From NCBI GenBank assembly GCA_963664395.2, contig OY761159.2, positions 2,944,001 to 3,008,000 on the forward strand: a stretch of DNA of 64,000 nucleotides. Reading direction: 5' to 3'. Both the position numbers and the translations under genes were made by a program. The notes below the pieces were generated by a model. That model did no database searches. It was not told the DNA's origin and worked only from the letters and a program-made list of their open reading frames with translations. The first letter of the stretch is position 1. Every line of letters starts with the position of its first letter. Origin of the DNA: Candidatus Binatia bacterium. GTDB taxonomy: Bacteria > Desulfobacterota > Binatia > Bin18. Below are positions 57,473 through 64,000 of the stretch, one piece after another.

Positions 57473-58264
57473 TTACTTACCGGTGAACCGGGCCTTGCGT
57501 TTCTCGACAAATGCCGTAATTCCCTCCGCAAAATCCGGTGTTCCCATCGACAGAGTGATCGAGCGGGCTTCACTGTGCAGTTGTTCGTGCAGCGAGTTGC
57601 CGAGGCTTTGATTGAGCAGCAGTTTGGTCCGTCCAAAAGCGGCAGTCGGACCCTGGGCCAATTCTTCGGCCAACTTTCTCGCTTCAGCCATCACTTGGTC
57701 GGGCTCGACCACAGCAGTCAGCAGCCCCAGGTTCAGCGCCTCTTCGGCCGGAACAGGTTTGTTGCGCAAAAACATTTCGGTCGCCTTGGCCAAGCCAACG
57801 TGACGCGGCAGGAAAAAGGTTGAGCTGGAGTCCGGGCTTGCACCGATGCCCAGAAAGGCGGTGACGAGAGTGACCTGAGGCGAGGCAATACGGAAATCGC
57901 AGGCGAGTGCCAAACCAAACCCGCCGCCCGCGGCCACGCCGTTGAGCGCGGCAATGACGGGTTTGGGAATTTCGCGGACCATGGCAATGGCCGCATGCAG
58001 GACCGGCATCATTTTCTCAATGCTTGGAATAATACGCTGCTGTGCCAGCGCTTCGACAAAGAATTTAATATCGCCGCCGCCACTAAATGCCTTGCCGTTG
58101 CCGGTGAGAATAATCGCCCGCACCTCGTCATCATCCCAGCACTCCATCAGTGCCTGGCGTAAGCCGGTCGAGAGTTCGTTGTTCATCACGTTAAACTGGG
58201 CCGGACGGTTGAGGGTAATGGTTGCAATACTGCCCTCACGACTCCAATAGACGGCTTCTTCCAT
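57473..58264 (-). CDS. Enoyl-CoA hydratase/isomerase (PaaG-like)
   Basis: AFSGGGD, NGVAAGGGFGLALACD, IG.SPD. Confidence 0.9.
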   Translation of the reverse strand: MEEAVYWSREGSIATITLNRPAQFNVMNNELSTGLRQALMECWDDDEVRAIILTGNGKAFSGGGDIKFFVEALAQQRIIPSIEKMMPVLHAAIAMVREIPKPVIAALNGVAAGGGFGLALACDFRIASPQVTLVTAFLGIGASPDSSSTFFLPRHVGLAKATEMFLRNKPVPAEEALNLGLLTAVVEPDQVMAEARKLAEELAQGPTAAFGRTKLLLNQSLGNSLHEQLHSEARSITLSMGTPDFAEGITAFVEKRKARFTGK

Positions 58265-58408
58265 CGCGTTTCCCTCTTTCTTGTCTGCTCTTTTGCTCCC
58301 TCAGGTTTACCTCGCTTGACGGATTACCAGAGGTGCAGGAATATACTGACTGCGTGTGAAACTGTTTCCATATCAGACCCAATAGCGACAACAAAAGGGA
58401 GGTCACCC

Positions 58409-58858
58409 ATGGCAATTGTGCAGATAACCCCACCGGACGCTCACCAAACGCTGCGCCAGGATGCAGCAGTCGTCTACTTGGACGTACGAACCGAGGCGGA
58501 ATTCCAGGCCGGCCACCCTGAGCGCGCCGTCAATATTCCCGTGGTCTTTTTTGATCAGGCCGCCGGTCGCCCAGTCCCGAACCCACATTTCTTAACCGTT
58601 GTTGAAGCGACCATACCAAAGGAGGCCACCGTCATCGTCGGCTGCCAGGCCGGCGGTCGCTCGCAGCGCGCCGCCGAGATTATGGAACAGGCCGGGTATA
58701 CGCAGGTCTCGAATATGATGGGCGGATTTGGTGGCGGGCAAGACCAGCAGGGCCAGACCATCGCCGGTTGGCAGGAAGCCGGCCTGCCGGTGAATACCGA
58801 AAATAGTGACGGGGTGAGTTATGCGTCTTTAGCTGAGAAGGCTGGGGCGGGGGGATAG
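58409..58858 (+). CDS. Rhodanese-like protein
   Basis: YLDVRTEAEF..GH, CQAGGRS, GGF...W. Confidence 0.9.
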   Translation: MAIVQITPPDAHQTLRQDAAVVYLDVRTEAEFQAGHPERAVNIPVVFFDQAAGRPVPNPHFLTVVEATIPKEATVIVGCQAGGRSQRAAEIMEQAGYTQVSNMMGGFGGGQDQQGQTIAGWQEAGLPVNTENSDGVSYASLAEKAGAGG

Positions 58859-58944
58859 GCTCCGAAAAGTCAGCCGACGCGGCTGGCTGGCTTTGATTGA
58901 CCGGCAGGCGTGAGTATGCTTGAAACCAGGGTGCGGATATAAGC

Positions 58945-59283
58945 ATGGCGACTCTCGCGTTCGACACTCATGCCTTTGTGAAAGAATTGACCCAAGCCGG
59001 GATGCCGGAAGCGCAGGCCGAGGTGCTGGCGCGCTCGCAGGCGACCTTGATTGATGAGAAACTGGCCACCAAGCAGGACCTCAAGGAACTCGAAGCTCAC
59101 CTCACCCGGGATCTGAAAGAACTGGAAGCCCGTCTGACCCGGGACCTGAAGGAACTGGAAGACCGGCGGACACGAGACATGAGAGAGTTGGAGTTGCGTC
59201 TGAAGCACGACTTGACGTTGCGTCTCGGTTCAATGATGGTGGTGGCCATCGGGGTGGTCGCCGCGTTGGTGAAACTGCTGTGA
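58945..59283 (+). CDS. DUF1640/CCDC90-like coiled-coil membrane protein
   Basis: FDTHAFVKELTQAGMPEAQAE, LATKQDL, 11-aa repeats, C-terminal TM. Confidence 0.85.
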   Translation: MATLAFDTHAFVKELTQAGMPEAQAEVLARSQATLIDEKLATKQDLKELEAHLTRDLKELEARLTRDLKELEDRRTRDMRELELRLKHDLTLRLGSMMVVAIGVVAALVKLL

Positions 59284-59305
59284 GTGTGGAACATACGGAC
59301 TGCGC

Positions 59306-59518
59306 ATGAGCACCAGCGTCTTTGATACCCACGCCTCTGTGAAAGAGTTGACCCAAGCCGGGATGCCGGAAGCGCAGGCCGAGGTGCTGGCGCGCTCGCG
59401 GGCAACGTTGATTGACGAAAAACTGGCGACGAAACAAGACCTGAAAGAGCTGGAATTACGGCTGACAATCCGGCTCGGCTCGATGATGGTAGTCGCCGCG
59501 TTGGTAAAATTGCTGTGA
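59306..59518 (+). CDS. DUF1640/CCDC90-like protein, short tandem paralogue
   Basis: N-terminal region near-identical to 58945-59283; only one repeat unit. Confidence 0.8.
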   Translation: MSTSVFDTHASVKELTQAGMPEAQAEVLARSRATLIDEKLATKQDLKELELRLTIRLGSMMVVAALVKLL

Positions 59519-59580
59519 GGACGGGATTATGAGTGGCTTTCCTGTAACGTGCTCTTGCACCGCCGACTTTAATCACCGTT

Positions 59581-60588
59581 CTACGACGCCAAACACTCCT
59601 GAATCGCCGCGTCAATAAAATCATTGTCCTTCGGATTCATTCCAATTCCCGTCAGATGGCCCCAAATCGATGGGACCGGTCTGAGCGTCGCGTGTGGCAT
59701 ACAGGCCACTTCTGCTTCGCTGTCTTCGGGTGGAAAATAGAGATCGGTCTGACTTGGCATAATCATGGCCTTGGCGGAGACTGTGGCCAGCGCCTTCTGC
59801 CAATCTCCATCAAATCCCGGCGAGTCACCGACATTATGATCCTGCCACGTCTTTGCCTGAGCCAGCAGATTATTCGCGTCGCATTGGAGAAAAAAGTTCT
59901 CCCAAAAATAAACCAGGAAATCTTCGACGCTCGGATGGCCGAGCTGCTTGTACAGCTCTTCACGATACCAGGCCTGCGACAGGCCCCAGCCGGCATACAC
60001 CCGGGCCATGGCACGAACGCCCGTGGCCGGCGCTTGGGCATAATGACCGTGGTTCCAGGCTGCGTCCGCACGGAGCGCGGAAGTAAAGCCTTCGATAAAG
60101 ACATGGGTATGCGGAGTGGTCCGCGCCGCACCGCACCACGGCGCGATCCGTTCGACCATGGCCGGATAGCTGACCGCCCACTGAAAGCACTGCTGCGCGC
60201 CCATCGAGTAGCCGGAGACCAGGGCGAGCGACTCAATGCCAAGGCTCTGAACCAGGGCGTGCTGCGCCCGCACATTGTCGCGGATCGTCGTTGCCGGAAA
60301 ATGCGGGCCATTCATAGGAACGCGCGTTGTGCTGGGAGAAGAAGACAGCCCGTTGGTGAACATATTGACGCCAATCACACAATATTTGGCCGGGTCGAAA
60401 CACTTGCCGTTCTGGATCAAAAACTCATAGCCGGTGTGATCGCCGGAATACCACGAGCACAGCAGGATGGCATTGTCTTTGCGGCTGTTAAGTTCGCCAT
60501 AGACTTGGTAGGCGAGTTGCGCCTTGCGTAACACCAGGCCGCATTCGAGCGGAAAATCCCCTAACGAAAAAAGCTTATGCTCCGGCAT
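59581..60588 (-). CDS. Homoserine O-acetyltransferase-like alpha/beta hydrolase
   Basis: YGELN..KDNAIL, GYSMGAQ, DLYFPP, WGH. Confidence 0.88.
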   Translation of the reverse strand: MPEHKLFSLGDFPLECGLVLRKAQLAYQVYGELNSRKDNAILLCSWYSGDHTGYEFLIQNGKCFDPAKYCVIGVNMFTNGLSSSPSTTRVPMNGPHFPATTIRDNVRAQHALVQSLGIESLALVSGYSMGAQQCFQWAVSYPAMVERIAPWCGAARTTPHTHVFIEGFTSALRADAAWNHGHYAQAPATGVRAMARVYAGWGLSQAWYREELYKQLGHPSVEDFLVYFWENFFLQCDANNLLAQAKTWQDHNVGDSPGFDGDWQKALATVSAKAMIMPSQTDLYFPPEDSEAEVACMPHATLRPVPSIWGHLTGIGMNPKDNDFIDAAIQECLAS

Positions 60589-60696
60589 ATGGGTCCTCCT
60601 TTTAGCTGCAGTCGATCAATCCATGCTTCAATCACCTGGAGTCGGAAGTCAAGGCTGAGCTCAAAGTGGAGTTTCATGATCCCAATTACTTTCGAC

Positions 60697-62115
60697 CTAC
60701 ATGAAGAATCGAAATTGGTACGGCGCAGCTCCTAGGTTCGGTATGCGCTTGACAACTCTCGCCAATACCTTCGCGTAAGCCAGGGTGACCGGTAGAGGGT
60801 CATAGAGCGAGTCGTTATTCCAGTTCATCTTGGAAAGCCCGAGGATGGCGCGGGCCGTGTCATCCCAGGTGCCGTGGCCAGCATGGCGGACGAGGCGAAT
60901 GGGGCGAGGCGTACCGCGGCTGCCTTGAAAGAAGGAACGTTCCGTCACACCCTTCACGTCACCATGGGTCCATAGCAACGCCTCCCGGGGTCCGAGCCCA
61001 ACAACGGTTCCACGCGGAACCGGGAAATTGGCCGGTCTCCCCTTCCTGTCGTTCGGGTTCTGGTCTATACGGAGGCCTCGCCAGCCGACATCTTCGACAA
61101 CTTGGATAAGGTCAACGGCTTCGCACAGGTGTAGGGCTTCCATACAACCGTCAACTTCATCGGGTTTGAATTCCGTGGTCTTGTGAACCATAACACGACG
61201 TGGCGACCGACCGGCATGACGACGACGATACAGATCCATTGATCGTGTCATCACACGGAACATCTCGATTCTGGAAAGGAAGGGGTTATTGCGCTGGATT
61301 TCGATTTCTTGAGTATCGTAAGCCACGAACTCGAGGCCTGCCCCATCTGCATCGAACACTTGGCTACAACACGTTACGAAGCGTGGTCTGTCCGAGTCGG
61401 CGGGACGTACGGCGTAGGAGATGCCGATATAGGCCGTTTCTGGATCAGCCTCGGCTAGCTTCCACGGGACTCCGCCTGCTTTGGCATACAGCGCTAATCC
61501 GATGCGCCACATGACGCTGGCTTTGCAGTGATAGGCGATAGCGCTGTCTTCTCGCACTAATTGGATGGGCACTCCCCGAGCAGCTGTATATGCCTTCAAA
61601 TGATCATGCAGGTCGAAGTCGTCGTTGGGTCCGCCAACAAAACCAGACTCCCACCGTCTGGGAATGTAGACAAATAGAACGTCAAAGTCGCTTCGACGCG
61701 CTTCAAGACGCTGAATGGCTCTCACCAAGTATTCCGCAATCGTAACGTGCGGCTGAGGAGATTTTTGTAAGTTCGTATCAAGCTGATGGTCGACCTCCTC
61801 GTGGCAACCTTTACCGGCGGCGCTCATATGCAAACCGAAGACACGTTGGAAACTTGGCCATCGAGGGAGGTAATCCCTGCGCTCTCTTGGATTGAAAGCC
61901 GAGTTCAGGTTTCTCATGAAGTCATAGATGCGCTGACTCTCGCCGTGTGGTGCAAGGGTGGCTACACGGATGGGGTCGGGAACGAATCCTGCTGAATATG
62001 GCCCGTATTCCAGTAACCCACGCAGCGGATGTCGCTCTCGGTCCGAGGAGCGGTTGGGATGAAAAGCCAACATGGGCTCTGGGAGCCATATATGAGAGGC
62101 GATCTGGGAGGTCAC
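60697..62115 (-). CDS. Short prokaryotic Argonaute (MID-PIWI, catalytically inactive)
   Basis: HPLRGLLEYGPY, DLHDHLKA, YAKAGGVPW, YIGISY (no catalytic Asp), VHK, LSKMNWN...LPVT. 472 aa. Confidence 0.95.
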   Translation of the reverse strand: MTSQIASHIWLPEPMLAFHPNRSSDRERHPLRGLLEYGPYSAGFVPDPIRVATLAPHGESQRIYDFMRNLNSAFNPRERRDYLPRWPSFQRVFGLHMSAAGKGCHEEVDHQLDTNLQKSPQPHVTIAEYLVRAIQRLEARRSDFDVLFVYIPRRWESGFVGGPNDDFDLHDHLKAYTAARGVPIQLVREDSAIAYHCKASVMWRIGLALYAKAGGVPWKLAEADPETAYIGISYAVRPADSDRPRFVTCCSQVFDADGAGLEFVAYDTQEIEIQRNNPFLSRIEMFRVMTRSMDLYRRRHAGRSPRRVMVHKTTEFKPDEVDGCMEALHLCEAVDLIQVVEDVGWRGLRIDQNPNDRKGRPANFPVPRGTVVGLGPREALLWTHGDVKGVTERSFFQGSRGTPRPIRLVRHAGHGTWDDTARAILGLSKMNWNNDSLYDPLPVTLAYAKVLARVVKRIPNLGAAPYQFRFFM

Positions 62116-63848
62116 GACACTATCCTAGTGGAGAAACAGGTAACCGGTGAGATTTGAAAAACAGCGTCGACACCATATCCTATGTTTAACGCACATATCT
62201 CCTTTTCATCTTGAGATAAGTGATGTGCCCAGAAGTCGATCAGATCGTTGAGCACATGATTATATCGTCCGATAGTCCGCTCACGAGCAAAATCGGTCGC
62301 TGCTCCCTTGTTGGCGTCGGTAATGCCTTCAAATACCGTACAAGGTTCGATGAGTAGCCAAAGGCGGTCATTGGCCCAGTCCAATCGAGCGGTGATGCCT
62401 TCCCACCACCGGAGATCGGGGTTCCCGTTGACGACTCCTGTCAGTATCCCAACCAAGTCCCGCAAGCGGCTCCAGATTGCATTTTTCGGGTCTGTGGGCA
62501 CGAAGCGTCGGTGACCTATGATGTTCAGACCACCGTGCCGACTAATCGCGCGATTGAGGGCTTCGCCTAAGAGTCCGCGTTCCGTAGATTCATATCTTTG
62601 ACGCTTAACGTCGAATGCGTAAAGGTCGAATTCAGTGATGCCATAGGAGTCGAAGACGTTGCGTATGTCAGCGTCTGCCCCGAAGGCCAATACGCCGACT
62701 TGAGAACGGACAGCAAGCACGTCCGCGCTGGATTTCTGTACGGCTTCGCGTACTTCGGCCGTGCCACCGATATCGCAAACTAGCCGGCGGCACTGAGTCG
62801 GCGCATTGATGACAGGCAAGGCGTTAAACCGTACGACAGGCCAGCCACGGCGAGCAGTCCGCTGAAGAGGCACTGGGCTCCAAGGCCGACGCTGCGACGC
62901 GAACCGGTTGAGCGCGGTCGTGTCGATGTCTTTAATAAGGCGAACTAGGTCACGCAGGGTCTCGTCGAAGTTCTCGACAGGCACTAACACTGATTCGATG
63001 TTGTTAGCGATGCCACGATCCAACAGTCGCATGACGCGTGGTAGTGGCCAGTCTTCACTCCGGTGTAACCAGAAAAACCCAGCAGGGAAGGCTCCCTTAT
63101 GTTCCATCGCCTCATCGAGCGCGTCCATGATGGAATCATCACGTCCGCTGTATCCGCATACGACAAGACCAAAACGCTTGCATGATTCGACCAGCGCTCT
63201 CCTCAAATGGGCATCTTGCTGACGCAGTTCATCGTCTGTGTTTTTCAGGCGACGAGAGCGGAAGTCGCCGTGAAGCTTGATTTCTATGGGCCAGCGTTCG
63301 TCGGCTAGTGACTGCTGGGCTTGATCCGCCGAATTAAGATCTATAGTGGTCAGCGCGCTTGTTGTGTCGTATACCTTGGCACAGGCATCCGCGACGAGAG
63401 CGTCGAAGTTCGTGGTCCACACCATACGCGTTTGTTTGTGGCGCATCAGCGTTGCGAGCGCTATGTGGCCGTATGATGGCTTAGCGCCTGTCAGTTTCCC
63501 ATCTAGGAATGCACGCCGGTCTGACTCTGCCGGATACGCCGCTTCAAACAGCGCGGCGTATTCATCCGGTGCGCCGGGTGACGGCATACTTCCTAGGGAC
63601 TCGATATGAGCGTCAATGCGGTTGCGCACAGCTGGTTGGGACAGGTCCACGGATGCTTGGCTCCAACTGCGATTCTGGCTGGCGAATAGGATTTGCTTGA
63701 ATTCCCAAATCATATCTATAGCAGTCGGGAGGCCAGCGGAGGCTGATGCGCCGGCACCGAGAAACCACATGAGATTCCTAGCCCGTAACGAAAAGCGTCG
63801 AGCGAAGTCGTCGGCTGGGATTTGGGGCCTGCTTGTTTCTTGACTCAT
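62112..63848 (-). CDS. SIR2-APAZ NADase partner of short pAgo (SPARSA type)
   Basis: WFLGAGASASAG, WTTNFD, KLHGDF, GYSGRD. Stop overlaps the pAgo start (GTGA). Confidence 0.93.
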   Translation of the reverse strand: MSQETSRPQIPADDFARRFSLRARNLMWFLGAGASASAGLPTAIDMIWEFKQILFASQNRSWSQASVDLSQPAVRNRIDAHIESLGSMPSPGAPDEYAALFEAAYPAESDRRAFLDGKLTGAKPSYGHIALATLMRHKQTRMVWTTNFDALVADACAKVYDTTSALTTIDLNSADQAQQSLADERWPIEIKLHGDFRSRRLKNTDDELRQQDAHLRRALVESCKRFGLVVCGYSGRDDSIMDALDEAMEHKGAFPAGFFWLHRSEDWPLPRVMRLLDRGIANNIESVLVPVENFDETLRDLVRLIKDIDTTALNRFASQRRPWSPVPLQRTARRGWPVVRFNALPVINAPTQCRRLVCDIGGTAEVREAVQKSSADVLAVRSQVGVLAFGADADIRNVFDSYGITEFDLYAFDVKRQRYESTERGLLGEALNRAISRHGGLNIIGHRRFVPTDPKNAIWSRLRDLVGILTGVVNGNPDLRWWEGITARLDWANDRLWLLIEPCTVFEGITDANKGAATDFARERTIGRYNHVLNDLIDFWAHHLSQDEKEICALNIGYGVDAVFQISPVTCFSTRIVS

Positions 63849-64000
63849 ATCAAGCGGTAAAAAATTGGACTCTTAGGAAAGCTATTCACTCGGCCCTTGG
63901 TCAGCCTCAGATGAGCAGGTCGTCGTCAATGCTTAGAGTGATTGATATCGTGGATTTTCCCTTACGCCATCATCAGGCCGGAATCCTCGAATCGGCGAAA

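Noticed and set aside
63849-64000. Possible antitoxin remnant (ITLSIDDDLL) upstream of Sir2-APAZ
   Set aside because: Too short, interrupted by stops and cut by the window edge.
1-64000. tRNA, rRNA, integrase or transposase genes
   Set aside because: None recognised by eye; a covariance-model scan would be needed to exclude small RNAs.

Overview
GC-rich bacterial chromosomal window from a diderm organism (TonB-dependent receptors, Tsx-type porin). From left to right it holds: a CoA-transferase pair; two tandem TonB-dependent receptors (one frameshifted) behind a BCCT transporter; and a compact type II-C CRISPR-Cas9 cassette. The cassette has a 7-repeat array, cas9 and tracrRNA, its cas1-cas2 are reduced to a 136-bp fusion scar, and it is bracketed by two diverged copies of the 3' end of an Nramp-like transporter gene. 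Next come pqqABCDE; an alternative complex III operon (ActC-ActD fused) divergent from a predicted lanthanide-type PQQ dehydrogenase operon with a CX3CH cytochrome c; and a low-GC toxin-antitoxin/HEPN-like islet. An amidohydrolase/crotonase/acyl-CoA ligase operon is book-ended by two tiny desulforedoxin-like genes that the ORF track misses. The window ends with assorted metabolic genes, higBA, and a Sir2-APAZ/short Argonaute (SPARSA-type) defence pair. All calls come from motif reading only; no database searches were run.
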